In this document: piece by piece, positions 13,401-25,971 of the stretch
How positions within the stretch are numbered: the stretch's first letter is position 1
Layout: each line of letters starts with the position of its first letter
NCBI GenBank assembly: GCA_030390025.1
Contig: CM059431.1
Location: 141,610,001 to 141,674,000 of the forward strand
Length of the DNA: 64,000 nucleotides
From: Squalus acanthias
Lineage: Eukaryota
Direction: 5' to 3'
The notes under the pieces: model-generated
Seen by the model: only the letters and a program-made list of their open reading frames with translations
Told to the model about the DNA's origin: nothing
Databases searched by the model: none
Translations under genes and position numbers: made by a program

Positions 13401-13943
13401 ATGGATTGCAGCTGTTCAACAAGAAGGCGCACCATGATTTTCTCAAGGGGAAATGGGCTGGGAAATAAATGCTGACCTTGCTAGCGAGGCCTATATCCCC
13501 AGCATTAATTTTAAGAAGTATAGCTCATAAATATACTCAGGAACATATCTCCAGGTTGGTAGTCGCAGTGAAATTCTACATGTGATCACACTGAAGTTAT
13601 TTATAATTTCGCTACGAGTAGTGGCGGGAACTAGCCTCCATCAGCTAATTGATGAAGTCCCTACACTTGCGGCTCCAACCCATTTTACGCAAGTCGTGTT
13701 GAAAGTAAAACATTGCATATTGAAATTGTGATCTATTTGAGAAGGAATAAATGAATAATATAAATGCTTTCGTCTTACCCCCAGAACTTTCGCTTTTCCC
13801 ATCTGAATTCCTGGACAGTTTACTCTTCTGGTTGGTGAATGAGTCTGGGAGCCTCCCCGTCTCACCAGGGCTTCCCTTGTACCGGATTGTGGGATAATAT
13901 TGGGACTGATGACGCTTACTTCTATGCCCAGTGAAGTTGCCAT
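4425..13943 (-). CDS. MS4A (CD20/FceRI-beta family) membrane-spanning 4-domain protein, 6 coding exons, 204 aa
   Basis: Exons on the minus strand: 13943-13779, 10594-10484, 9571-9515, 8489-8409, 5645-5520, 4499-4425. Total 615 nt, every intron GT..AG and phase 0. Spliced product: MATSLG...MGKAKVLG|IMQILLGILLIIIWIALILNPRLVAGADRTQLCGGLS|LILSGSLWCIVGKTSSTGL|VATCLALNMFSALLGVVNLVLFCIYIE|IYRFHLVLVLYLLGMLELLVSIVLSIFVGKEFWNHSKTLVNK|PSHEPTDQNNPAQTPIPKVQPTTV*. It shows MS4A hallmarks as I recall them: KxLG|xxQI, a 57-nt IxSGSL exon, LxLNxxS in TM3, LE in TM4 and a Pro-rich tail. Confidence 0.88.
4655..5405. mobile_element. Older Harbinger-type MITE in the last MS4A intron
   Basis: Imperfect TIR GGGCTAGAATTTACT / AGTAAATCCTGGCAC; GC-rich ends and AT-rich core. 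Confidence 0.55.
5520..5645 (-). CDS. MS4A-like gene coding exon 5 (TM4)
   Basis: gatccacag|ATA TAC CGT...AAT AAG|gtatgt; within track ORF 5457..5735; LLGMLELLVSIVLSIF. Confidence 0.88.
6507..7271. mobile_element. Non-autonomous DNA transposon (Harbinger-type MITE), copy 1
   Basis: Imperfect TIR GGCTCAGAAATTA/TAATTTTCGGGCC; near-identical to 12209-12969; splits a CR1 3' fragment; many internal palindromes. Confidence 0.85.
8409..8489 (-). CDS. MS4A-like gene coding exon 4 (TM3)
   Basis: cttatttttcgaag|GTG GCG ACC...ATC GAG|gttagt; VATCLALNMFSALLGVVNLVLFCIYIE. Confidence 0.88.
9515..9571 (-). CDS. MS4A-like gene coding exon 3 (TM2, 57 nt)
   Basis: tttctttcccag|CTT ATA CTT TCT GGG AGC CTG...GGC CTT|gtaagt; LILSGSLWCIVGKTSSTGL. 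Confidence 0.9.
10484..10594 (-). CDS. MS4A-like gene coding exon 2 (TM1)
   Basis: ttttcttttag|ATT ATG CAG ATT...CTG TCG|gtgagt; 111 nt; hydrophobic IMQILLGILLIIIWIAL. Confidence 0.88.
12209..12969. mobile_element. Non-autonomous DNA transposon (Harbinger-type MITE), copy 2
   Basis: TIR GGCCCAGAAATTA/TAATTTTCGGGCC; 3-bp TSD AAT (12206-12208 / 12970-12972). Confidence 0.87.
13779..13943 (-). CDS. MS4A-like gene coding exon 1 (N-terminal cytoplasmic region, ends GKAKVLG)
   Basis: ATG at 13943; upstream acceptor cttattcactaag (exon starts 13971); donor GGG|gtaaga at 13778. Part of track ORF 13641..14003. Confidence 0.85.
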
Positions 13944-15568
13944 GTTCCAAATAAGGACTGGGAAATCGACCCTTAGTGAATAAGAAGCTGGTTCCACAGA
14001 CATTAGAATGCCAACATTTCACCTAATAATGACTAAACAACACTCTATATAACTTTATCTCTGGCAATGGAAATTTGTGACATGTTAGCCATCCTGGCAC
14101 CGAATCTATAACAATTTTCCACTAATTCAATGCATTTCGATTGAAGCTATCAATTTGACACGTTCATGTCATGTTCATAAGGTTATTTTCTTTGAAACGT
14201 CAGGACTGCTTCGTTTTCACGAATCACATGTTGTGGATTTTAATAATTCAGTGAAAAAAAGAAAATAAACTAAACCTCTGAAGGAAACTTCTACCCAGTC
14301 GTGAAATTTAATCGGGGCAATGGATTTGGGCAAAATCGATGATCGTATTTTTCCTGCGGTGATGAATCGCCTTGTTCTGCCTGATATTCGAACTGAAATC
14401 GCAAGCACCTTTTTTGTATCGTTAATTTCGTTATAATTACAATCCATAATAAATTTCCAAGCACACCTAGGCAATTCTTTCAATCCAGCATAGCGCAAAT
14501 CTTCCCACTTAATTTTCATCCCGTTCTCTATATTTTTAACAATAAAGCACTGACCAAATATATATTATAAATGTATGAGGTTACACTGAGCTTTGAATTA
14601 AAATCAAACCTAAGTACATCAATGTAAAAATGTGTGTCTTATTTCGGCTGAATGCTAAGACGTAGTTTTAATTCTGCATTGTGTTCAATGCAAATTGAAT
14701 AATCAGTTATTAAAAATAATCTTACGGGACATGTTCCTTGTGTTTGCCGAACAGACACAGATTGCGGTGCAAATAGCTTTACTCTCTTCTAATTTCAAAA
14801 AGCAACATTACCTCAAGCAGGCATTGTAATTTACTTCTGTCGCTACAAAGGACATTGCTGCAATAACCAGTGGAGAAATATAATGCATAGAAGTTACAAA
14901 AAACAGGCCAGTCAGCCTAACGGGCCCCTGTCCGTGTTTAACCTCGAAACGAGCAAATGGCAGCAAAACAAAATTTGAGCGAAAATAACAGGTTTGAAAC
15001 CTGATAACTACCTTCAGTGTATCTACATCTGATCCATACATTCAGTCTCTGGCGCAGACTCGATGGGCCGAATGCCCACCTTCTGTGCTGTACTATTCTC
15101 TGATTCTATAAGCAGTTGTGAAGTTTACAGCCACAGCTCGGAATTTCTATCCATAATTATAAGCGCAGGAAATTCTTATCAATTCACATGGGATTTTCCA
15201 TCTGATCCCCTGGACTGCTATTGATCGACGGAGGGGTCCGCAGAGGGGTTATCCAGTTTACGTTTTCCTTATTGGCCCTTTGTTTTTTACGCTGGAGTTT
15301 TGCCTCTCCCAGGGGTTTACATGGCTGCCGGGGTGGGCGGAGGCACGGGCGATGATGCTCCGGCCAGCGTGGTGTGGGGAAGGCTTGACGGAGCATCTGT
15401 TCTTTTCCTGCCCACACATTTCGTATGTTTGTGTGATATTTTATGTAATGGTTGGACTGCATTTGAGTACAGGACCTCAAATGACAATTTCGGAATGAAG
15501 ATATCCATCAATCCGATAACATACCGTAATATATATGCAGATAAATTTGTCACTATTCTATATAAGTT

Positions 15569-15747
15569 GGGGCAATTTTAACTTTGACCGATCGCTTAAA
15601 ACGGGCGGTATCGAATGGGCTGTTTTCTGCCCTCGCTAGATTTTCCCTTCAATGGAACTCAATGGAAAGCAACATCTGGCGGGCGTGTAACGGGGGCTAA
15701 TTCCACATCGTCCATTGCACACCATCGCCCAGGGGTTAAATTGCCCC
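15569..15747. mobile_element. Short MITE (family also at ~2271-2380, ~2884-3081, ~5803-5936, ~9160-9346, ~44638-44777)
   Basis: TIR GGGGCAATTTTAAC / GTTAAATTGCCCC; family members share tcaatggaa / gcccgata-type internal motifs. Confidence 0.65.
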
Positions 15748-15819
15748 GCATTGATCGCAACAAAAGCCATGTCTCTGGTAAATGAATCACATGGACAATA
15801 TGAAGTCAGCTTAACTTAC

Positions 15820-16073
15820 CCGTGAGTATCGCTCACCGACCGGGACTCTGCGTCCTGCTTCAGAGCTCGCGAGCCTTTCTGACGGGACACTTGAGTAACA
15901 CTGCGGGGTGTGTCTGCTACAACCGGTTAGCCGGGGGTGGAGTTTGGCCTTGTTCTCTCACTCGCTTCTTAAAGCAACAGTCCAAACATCTTATCTTCTC
16001 TGCAGCTGTTTTCGTCAGCTCAGTTCCGAGGAGAACAGCTGATATTTGTAGGATAGAATGCGGGAATGCCGAC
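15820..16073 (-). other. Probable 5'-UTR exon of the MS4A-like gene
   Basis: cacattacag| ... |gtaagtt. Both junction motifs are conserved in the inverted paralogue (26522-26838), but no reading frame is shared. Confidence 0.5.
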
Positions 16074-17151
16074 CTGTAATGTGAGTCTAGATATTACACT
16101 TGGTCCTATAAGTGGAGAGACGCTCCGTGTGTCCGTCCTGATGGCTATTTTATCGGAACGTTAACCGTTTGAAGTGATTGATTAGGCGCAAAGATTGGAC
16201 AGTAGATTTTCAATAACCACTTGTTAATCAATTATCCCAAAATAATCTCCTAGTGATAATTTCTTATCTTGTTCATTGTTTCTTGAAACCAAGTACCAAA
16301 TTACCATATTAATCCGTTCAATTGTTTTTATTCATTCTAGGCATGTGGGTGTCGCTGGAAAGGTCGGAATTTAATGCGATCCCCAGTTGTCCTGGATACA
16401 GCTGACAGGCTCGCTAGTCCACTGCAGAGGGGCCGTTAGGACTCAGCCACCTTGGTTTGGGACTGGAGTCACGCTGAGGCACAGATCGGGTAAGAAATGT
16501 GGATTTCTTTCACTAAAGGACATCAGTGAACCAGTTGTGTTTTAAAACAACCCACAGCTTCATGATTAGTTTCACTGATGCCAGCCTTTTATTTCCAGAA
16601 CTTTTCAGAAACCGAATTCAAATTCTCAAGCTGGCATGGTGGGATTTCAGCTCACGTTCTCTGGATTATTACTCGAGGACACCAGTCATAGTCCAGTAGA
16701 ATAAGCATGACATTACCATATCCGAGAAAATTGGCTAAATTGTGATATTATTCTTCAAACACCAGAACTCGTGGCCCGTGCTGCCTGAATTTATGATATT
16801 CCGAGATTATGAGTTATGAATTGTGAGTATATATAAATCCCAAACACATTCTCTATAAACGGGTTAACGATTCGGCGAGACATAGGGAGCAGGGGAACCT
16901 TTTGGAGATTGCGTAATGTGTCCTTCCCACTAATGATCTAGAACAGAACCATGATCTCTGGAGTCAGTTCCTACTAGGACCGCAGTCTGACCGTGCAATT
17001 ATATTTTTCGGTGTCAATGTAGAATGGAAATTAGCACAGATGTATACAAACACTGGACAGAAATGTAGATGGGGACGATTAATTTATTAACCTTTCGGGC
17101 CTGGATGGATGAAGGAAATCAGTGCGTTGAATTCCCTTCTCTCCCTCTTTA

Positions 17152-17840
17152 GTGTCAGCCGCGGCTCAGCTGGGAGCACCCTCGCCTCTGAATCAGAAAT
17201 CCCACTCCAGAGACTTGAGCACCAAAATCTAGGCTGACACTCCAGTGCAGTACTGAGGGAGTGATGCACTCGAGTATCCTCCCGTCTATCCTCAACTAAA
17301 TCTGGCAGCACATCCCTCAATTCCCTTCTCCCTCATATGCTTGCCTAGCCTCCCCTTAAAAGCATCTATACTATTGGCCTCAATCACTCCCTGTAGTAGA
17401 GAGTTCCACATTCTCACCACTCTCTGGGGAAACAAGTTACTTCTGAATTCCCTATTTGATCTCTTTGTGACTATCTTATATTGATGGCCTCCAGTTATGC
17501 TCTTCCCCACAAGTGGAAACACTATTAAGTGGATACGTTAGCCCGAGGCCCCGTCAGCCCTCTCAAGTGACGTAAAATATGCCAAAGCGCTATTTCGAAG
17601 AAGAGCAGGGGAGATATCCCCGTTGCCCTGGCCAATATTTATCCCTCAATCAACATCACTGAAAACAGATTATCTGGTCATTATCTCAATGCTGTTTGTG
17701 GGAGCTTGCTCTGCGCACATTGGCTTCCGCCTTTCCTACATTATAATAGTGACTACACTTGAAAAAAAAACATTTATTGGATGTAAAGCGCTTTGGGACG
17801 TCCGGTGGTGGTGAACGGTGCTATATAATACAAGTCTTTC
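17152..17840 (+). mobile_element. Deu-domain SINE interrupted by a CR1 fragment (~17275-17522)
   Basis: Same head, core and tail as 29416-29834. Confidence 0.8.
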
Positions 17841-18913
17841 TTTTTGTTTCCATTTTTCTGCCCGGGCTGTTGTTGGAAGATGGTTTCTCACTGCCTGACT
17901 TCAGATGGTCGCTAATCTCAGTGTATTTCAGAGATATGGGCTGTCCAGAAAGCTGCCGCTGCATTTTACTTCGGCAGTTCAAGCGGGTCAAGTGGCGAAT
18001 ATCACTGTGGGGTAGAATCTCGGGAATAGGTATCATTGCATCATAATCTTTAGATTAGCTATTGAGAAGGACAATGAGCAATACAGAATAAAAAAACTTA
18101 ACTGGAGGAGGGTTATTTTCAGCGAATTGAGGAGGGAATCTGTCCCGGGTAAACTGGAGTCACAGACTGGCAGGCAGAAATGTAATGGAGCAATGGGCGG
18201 ACTTTAAAGAGGAGATGGTTCGGGTACAGTCGAGGTACATTCCCACAAGGGGGAAAGGGAGGGCGACCAAAGCCAGTGCTCCCTGGATGACTAAGGGATT
18301 AGACTAGGATGAAGCATAAAATGTATGACAGATGTCAGCTTGATAATACAAGCGAGAATCAGGCTGAATATAAAAAAGCAAAGAGGAGAAGTGAAAAAGG
18401 AAATAATAGAGGGAAAGTGACAGTGCGAGAATAGATTGCCGCCTAACATAAAAGGGAAACCAAAGGTCTCATATCGCCATACTAAAAAAATCATTTGTGT
18501 CATATGAGCAGTGGGGCCAATCGTGCAAAAATGTTGATCTATTGGTAGAGGCAGAAGGCATTGCTGAGTTACTAAATGAGTACTATGCATCCGTGTTTTC
18601 CAAGAGGAGGACTTTGCCAAAGCTACGGTAAACAGGAAGTATACTGTATGAGATAAAACAGATAAAGAGGATGTAATAGAAAGGCTGGTGTAGATAAAGC
18701 GGATAAGTCAGCCGATCTGGATGGGATCCATCCTAGGTTACTGCGAGAAGAAAGGTAGAAATTGCCGCGTTGCTGGCCACAATCTCCTAATCCACACTAG
18801 ATACATAGAATCATACAAGCATATCAATTAACAGCACATAAGGGGGATATTTGGCTAGTTGTTTCCGTGCGGCCGAAAAAGAGCGATCCAGCCTAATCCC
18901 ACTTTCCAGCTCT

Positions 18914-19354
18914 GGACTCAACATCGAGTTCAACAATTTTAGATCATAACCTAGCCCCTATCACATTAATATTTTATTTTTTCATGCACACTTTTGTTTG
19001 CCCCCCCTTTTTTTCCTCCCAGAAGCTGCCAGCTGTCCTTCATTCTGCCAGTGCATTTCACACTTCATTTAGCCTCAACCTGTCACATTACCACCTCCCC
19101 TTGCCATGATCCTCTCTTAATGTCTCTCAATGTCGCTTAATCTCTCCTTTTGGTCTTTCATCCCCTCCCCCTTTTCCCAGCTTTATCCTTGCCTTAAATC
19201 TATTTCATTTCCTTCTATTTCCAGTTCTGACGAAAGGGCTTCGACCTGAAACGTTAACTCTGTTTCTCTCTCCACGGATGCTGCCTGGCCTTCTGAGTTT
19301 TTTCCAGCGTTTTCTGTTGTTATTTCGGATTTCCAGCATCCGCAGTATTTTGCT
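18914..19354 (+). mobile_element. Penelope-like 3' fragment inserted in a CR1 3' UTR
   Basis: 18-bp TSD ATCCCACTTTCCAGCTCT (18896-18913 / 19355-19372); begins GLNIEFNNFRS* (GIY-YIG end); contains a hammerhead motif. Confidence 0.8.
19223..19259 (+). ncRNA. Minimal type I hammerhead ribozyme (Penelope-associated)
   Basis: AGTT-CTGACGA-A-AGG-gcttcga-CCT-GAAA-CG-TT-AACT. Confidence 0.75.
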
Positions 19355-21831
19355 ATCCCACTTTCCAGCTCTTGGTCTGTAGCCTTGTAGGTTACAGCAC
19401 TTCAAGTCTATATCCAAGTACTTTTAAAATGTATTGAGCGTTTCTGCCTCTACCGCCCTTTCAGGCAGTGAGTTCCAGAACCCCACCACCCTCTGGGTTA
19501 AAAAGCTTCTCTTCATCTCCCCTCTAATCCTTCTACCTAATACATTAACTCTATGCCCCCTTGTTATTTACCTCTCTGCTGGGTAAATAAGTCTTTTCTC
19601 TCCGCTCGATTTAGCATCCTCATAATTTTATACACCTCAGTCAAGTCTCTCCTCAGCCTCCTCTGTTCCAAAGAAATCAACCCCAGCCTATCCAATTTTT
19701 CTCATAGCTAAATTTCTCCAGTCCTGGCAATAGCCTCGTAATTCTCCTCTGGCTCTCTCCGGTACAATCACGTTATCCCTGTAATATGGTGACCAGATCT
19801 GTACGCAGTACTCTAGCTGTGGCCTAAGTAAGGTTTTATATAGTTCAAGCATAATTTCCCTGCTCTTATATTTAATGCTTCAGCTAATAAAGGAAATTAT
19901 CCCGAATGCCTTCTTAGCCAACCTTGTCTGCCTGTCCTGCTACCTTCAGGGATCTGTGGACATGCACTCCAAGGTCCCTCTTTTCCTCTACACTTCTCAG
20001 TATCCTACAATTCATTGTGTATTCCCTTGCCTTGTTAGCTCTCCCCAAAGACATTAATTCACACTTCACCGATTGCATTCCAGTTGCCACTTTCTGTCCA
20101 TCTGACCAGCCATTGATATCTTCCTGCAGTCTGCAGCTTTCATCCTCACCATCAACCACACGGCTATTGTTGTATCATCTGTAAACTTCTTCATCATGCC
20201 CCCTACATTGAAGGCTAAAACAATCATATATACCACAAAAAGCAAGGACCTAGCATTCAGCCCTGCGGAACCACACTGGAAACAGACTTCCAATCACAAA
20301 AACATCCGTCGCTCGTTACCTTTTGATTCCTGCCACTGAGCCAATTTTGGATCAAACTTGCCAGATACCGGGGTGGCGCCAGAGGTCAGGAGGATTGCAA
20401 ATGTTGCATCCTTGTTCAAAAAAGGGAGCAGGATGGCAATTACAAACAAGCCAGTTTAACGTCCGTGGTGGGGAATCCGGGAGCTGATTACCAGTCACTT
20501 GGACAAGCATGGACTAATAAAGGAGAGCCTGCACGGATTGGTTAAGGGCAATTCCTGTTTGATCAAGTTGATTGAGGTTTTTTATGAAGTAACAGAGAGG
20601 GTGGATGATGGCAGTGCAGCTGATGTTGTATATATGGACTTTCAAAAGGATTTGAGAAATAATACATATTTGTCTTGTTAGCAAAATTGAAATCCATGTA
20701 ATAAAGGGCAGTAGCAGCATGGACACAAAATTGGTTGAGGGATAGAAACCAGAGAGTTGTGATGAATGGCTCGTTTTTGTAATCGAGGAGAACTGTACTG
20801 TTGTTCACCAGGATTCAGTACTAGGACCACTCTTGTGTTTGATGTACATTAATGACTTGGACTTGGGGTTACAGGATTCGATGTCGATATTTGCATTTGA
20901 CACGAAACTTGGACGTGTAATAACCAGTGAGTAAGATAGTAATAGACTTCAAGAGGACACAGCCAGGCTGGTGGAATGGGCGGACACATGGCAGATGAAA
21001 TTTACCGCAGAACAGTGAGAAATAATCCATTTCGTTAGGAAGAATGTGTGCGACAAAAAAAACTAACAGGTACAATTTTAAAGGGGGTGCAGGAACAGAG
21101 AGTCCTGAGCGCATTTGTGCATAAATATTTGAAGGTGGCAGATTAGGTTAACAACGCAGTTATTAAAGCAAATGGGATCCAGGGTTTTATAAATAGATTC
21201 ATAGAGTACAAAAGCCAGGACGTTATGCTAAATCTATATAAAACACTCGTTCGGTCCCAGCGTGAATATTGTATCTAATTCTGGGGACAGCACGTTAGGA
21301 AGGAGCTGAAGACTTTGGAGAGGGTACAGAAGAGATTTACTAGAATTGTTCCAGGGATGAGGCATTACTGTCAAGTGAGCAGTCTAGAGAAGCTGGGGTT
21401 GTTCTCCTCAGAGCAGAGAAGGCGAAGCAGAGATCTGGTAGAGGTATTTAAAACCATGAAGGGTTTAGAGAGAGTAAATAAAGAGAAACTGCTGCCAATG
21501 GCTTATGGATCGATTACCTGAGGGCACAGATTTAAGGTAATTGTCGGAAGGACCAGAGGCGACATGAAGGTAAAGGTTAATGCAACACGTGGTTAGGATT
21601 TGGAATGCGCTGCCTGATAGTGTGGTGGAAACAGATTCAATAGTAGTCTTCAAAAGGGAATTTGATAAATACTTGAAGGAGAAAGATGTGCAGAGATATG
21701 GAAAAAGGGCGGATGAGTGGGAATAACTGGGTTGCTCTTCGAAAGAGCCGGTACAGAGTGGATAGTCCGAATGGCCACCATGTATGCTTTACAATTATAT
21801 GATGCTATTTAAACTTCAACTTCCATTGAAA

Positions 21832-22250
21832 TAAATAACTTGGATTTATATAGCGTCTTTCACGACCTCGGGACCAACGCACTTTACAGCAAATTAAGTA
21901 CTTTTGAAGTAAGTTCACTGGTGATGTAGGAAGGGTGACAGCTACTTTGCGCCCAGCAAGGACTCACGAACAGCAACGTGATAATGACCACATAAACTGT
22001 TTTTCAGTGATGTTGGTTGAGGGGTAAATATTGGTCCCAGGACACCAGGGAGAACTCTTCTGCTCTGCTTCGAAATAGACGGAGACTTTCTTTATCGTCG
22101 CTTGTGAAAGTCGGCACTTCCGACAATGCAGCATTCCGTCAGTACTGGCACGGGGAGTGTCAGCCTAGATTTTGTGCTGGAGTTGAAATCTAGTCCTCAG
22201 CCTTCTAACTCAACGGTGAATATGCAATTACTGGCCAAATGATGACTCTT
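21832..22250 (-). mobile_element. Deu-domain SINE, degenerate
   Basis: Reverse-complement tail (tttatatagcgtctttcacgacc) and core. Confidence 0.75.
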
Positions 22251-22630
22251 AGTTACCGAGAACGCTAAAAAAAACGACCTCTCCCTTTTCAGCAGCTAAA
22301 ACGCGCGGCTAATTCCCCTCTCGATGGGCCCAGTACGCTGTAGGTAGAAAATGGCGGAGTTCAAGGTGTCAGTACGCTGGCATTGACGCAATAATTGCGT
22401 ATTAGTTTAGTTATTTAGTTTACATAACAGATTTTGAGAGATATCTGCCGGCACGTGCACGATCAGCCGAATGGCCTCCATTTGTGCTGCACCATTCTCT
22501 GATTCCATTTAGTTGTGGAAATGATGCTGAGTGTGCCCGAGTGGTGGACGGTATACAGGAATATTTTTACCAAATAATTGTCTGACTGTGAGAATGAGTA
22601 AATGTTAATTTTCTTGCTTCCTGTTCTCAC

Positions 22631-22830
22631 CTCCACTTGTTACATTCGACCAGTCAATAACCCAACTGGGTTTTGGTGGTGATCGACAATGTGATTCTAA
22701 GACGGCGGGACTCGCACGTCCGCATGTCATTATCTGGGTCAGGCCTGTGCTTTGCAGCAGTTTCTGCACATTGTCAATAGCAACATAACCACAGCCAGTG
22801 GTTTCAGCAGCTGCACATCTGTTGGAGGTT
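22631..22830 (-). promoter_or_regulatory. Putative promoter / first non-coding exon of the MS4A-like gene
   Basis: Best-conserved block with the inverted copy at ~25260-25460. Donor GAG|gtgaga at 22630 (paralogue gtgaga at 25454); the paralogue has TATAAA at 25329-25334. Confidence 0.45.
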
Positions 22831-23099
22831 TACAATTTGAATTTAAGTTCTGTCGAGTCTATTACTGGGTTAGCTTTACCCGCAAAAAACAAACAGCGAA
22901 GGAGAGGGGAGGTTACTATTTGTTGTTCATTTCTTTGGATTTGAGTCAGTTTGTGTCCTTTTGAGACGCTGCAACGATTTCTGATTATTGGTAATTTTGA
23001 TCTGATGCCTCAGTTTGAGCCCATCTCCCAAGATGGGTCGCTGGTGATTGATCTGAACGTTGCACCAATCTGTAAACCGAGTCCAGAACAGTTAGTGCA

Positions 23100-25015
23100 A
23101 CGTCAGTTGTTGGGCAAACACTTCAAATCAAGAATCCGAGATAAAATTAGTGAGCATTTAGAAATTCACGGATTAATTTAATGGCTGTCTGCATGGAATT
23201 AAGAAAGTCAAGTCATGTTTGATAACTTGTACAGAATCTTTTAAAAAGTAACCGATTGTATAGATGGAGGGGATGAAGTTAGAACATAGTCTGAGTTGTT
23301 ATCACGTGTTTGAAAAGGTTATCCGCAAAAGGCTTGATAGGAATGTACGAAAAAATGGCGGACAGGAAGAGACCTACTGGTCCGTCCAGCCTGTCCCGTG
23401 CAGTTGTGATGCCCCGTGCTTCCCAGTATATAAACGCGACTCCACACCCAAAACCATATGAGCTACTGGAAGAGGCGACAAAACAGATAAAATTCCAGGA
23501 TCATAAGTGTTAAAAAACGTGAAAAATTGCTTTCCGAGCCGTTTAGGTGATTAAAATTATTTCATGAGACCACTCCGGCTCTGAGTAACCTTACCAGGTA
23601 CCTTCCCGTTGTACGAGATGACCTCTGCACCAGCCAGTAGAAGCTCCAGCCCTGATGGAATTCAGCGACTCGGCGTCCACTGCACAAGCCAGCAGTCTGT
23701 TCCACAGGAGCACTATCATTTGAGAAAATAACTACCTCCTGAAATATTAGCTAGATCTGTCAGTACACAATTGGAGATTGTGACACCTGGTCACCCCAAA
23801 ACTATTTAGTTGAAGCATTTTGTCCAGAAAAAAGGCAATTTAATTCCATCATCATCTTATAAACCTTAATCAATTCACGACTAAGTCTACGCTTCTCCAA
23901 CGTGTACAGACCAATCTCTTTGAGCCTATCTTGGTAACTAGGATGCTTCAAACAGGGTATTAATGGCGTGGCCTTCCTCTGCACAAATTCTATCCTTAAG
24001 TTCGCTCACCATGTGAGGGGACCAAAATTGGACACCGTTTTCTAACTGAGGCCTGACCAAGATCTTGTACAAGAACAAAATGGTTCGCTTCTTTTTGTAG
24101 TTAATTGCCCTGTAACTACATCCTAGAAAAATCAGACCACTGGGTCAGAAAAGACGGCGCAGCGTGGATATAACGGCGGCTGATGGACAAGTATCAAAAG
24201 TTAGCTTACATTGATGGTAGTTAGAATGCAGAATGTTGCAGCTGGGTTCGAAGTGTGCCACAGGAATCCAGTTTTGTGCTTAGTGTATTTAGATGATGTA
24301 AAGTTGAAAATAGCATGAACAATCTCGAAAATTGCTACAACACGAAAGTAAGTGGTTTGCTAAGTAGCGATGAGGACTGGCAGCAAATTCAGGAAAAAAG
24401 ATTGGAGGGAAGCGGATAGAGATAACAGATGTTGTTTAATGTCGATATGTGTGAATAATAGATTTGTCAGGAATGGTCGCATACCTTTAATGGAAAGACA
24501 CTGATTGATGTCACTGAACAGAGAGACCAAATGTTCAAAGACACGGTTCCTTTGAAATACCCATGTAGGTCGGTAAAGTCAGGAACAAAGACCAGCAGCA
24601 TTTTGCATTTAGGAACATAGGAAAAGGATGAGGCCATTCAACCCCTGGAGCCTTCTCCATCATTCCATTAGATATTGGCTGATCTGTATCTTAACGTCAT
24701 CCACCCGCCTTGATTCAATAACCCTTAATGCTGTTGCTAATAAAAATCTATTAATCTCAGTTTTACATTTTCAATTTACATAGACTCAACCGCTTTTTGG
24801 GTGAGAGAGTTCCAGATTTCCACTACCCTTTGAATGAAAAATTGCTTCCTAACATCAATCCTGAATGTTCCTAGCTCTAATCTTAAGGCTATGCCCACCG
24901 ATTTCTGGACTCGCCCACCAGATATTTTTTTTGTTTCTATCGATCCAATAAAATACTTTAAGTATCTTAAAAACCTCAATTGGTTCACCCTTCTTTATCT
25001 TCTATATTCAAAGGC
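23100..25015. mobile_element. Cluster of nested CR1 fragments between the duplication arms
   Basis: ORFs 23802..23984 (LYTLEKRRL) and 24776..24988 (FFIQRVVEIWNSL). Confidence 0.75.
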
Positions 25016-25971
25016 GTAGATTCCGAGAGTTGCGGTTCAGCACATCTGGATACTGACTCCAAGTCTTCGGATGATATCTCCAATGGACAGTTGTGAACGA
25101 GGAAGGGGAGAGGGCGAAGCTTAAATATTTGGTGAAACGCAGAAGGTAAAATTGCGGGGACAGGGAGGGCTGCCATTGCTGGAGATACTGCGGCTGTATT
25201 TGGATAGTTATAAATGGAATCAAGCGGGAGCAGTCCCATTGTGATGGAATCCCAACCTACACCAAAATATGCAGCTGCTGAAACCACTGGCTGTGGTTCG
25301 GTTGCTATTGACAATGTGCAGAACCTGCTATAAACACAGCCCTGACCCAGATAATGTCATGCGGACGTGCGTGTCCCGCCGTCTTAGACACACATTGTCG
25401 ATTAACACCTAAACCGAGATGGGTTATTGACTCGTCAGATGCACGGAGTGAATGTGAGAACAGGAAACAGAAAAATTAACATTTAGACTCTCTTGCAGTC
25501 ATGCACTTATTTAGTAAGAATATCCTCTTCACACCATCTACCGCTCTTTGATAGTCAACTTTATTTCCACAACTAAATGTATCACATTGTGTTATGGAAA
25601 CTAAACAAAACTAACACGGCAGTATTGTGTTCAGTAGCAGAGTGCTAATCCATTTACCTCTACCTAAAGTGTACTCAGCCCAGAGAGCGGTCGATTGCCT
25701 GCATAGACTAACCATTGTAAAGGTCATTTACTCTGAAGTCTCCATAATAGATGAACCAGAATTAAGCGACAGATCATCATGCGGTTCAAATTGAACATAG
25801 GCGGGAACAGAAAACAGGTGTAACTGATAATTGGACAATAGCGGGTGAACACTGCTTTCATTCGTATGACAATTCGCGTTCCAATTTTAGTTTGAGTACC
25901 AAATGCTTTCCTTGAAATGTATAACATTCCGATAAAATAACCATCTGAGTAATATTTTCAGGAAACTCGGA

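Larger units (their letters stand above)
18045..21810 (+). mobile_element. CR1 LINE ORF2 relic split by an antisense CR1 (18805-20362, TSD AGATAC)
   Basis: RT motifs in ORFs 20499..20681 and 21315..21521 (+) and 19914..20293 (-); AGATAC at 18799-18804 and 20363-20368. Confidence 0.85.
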
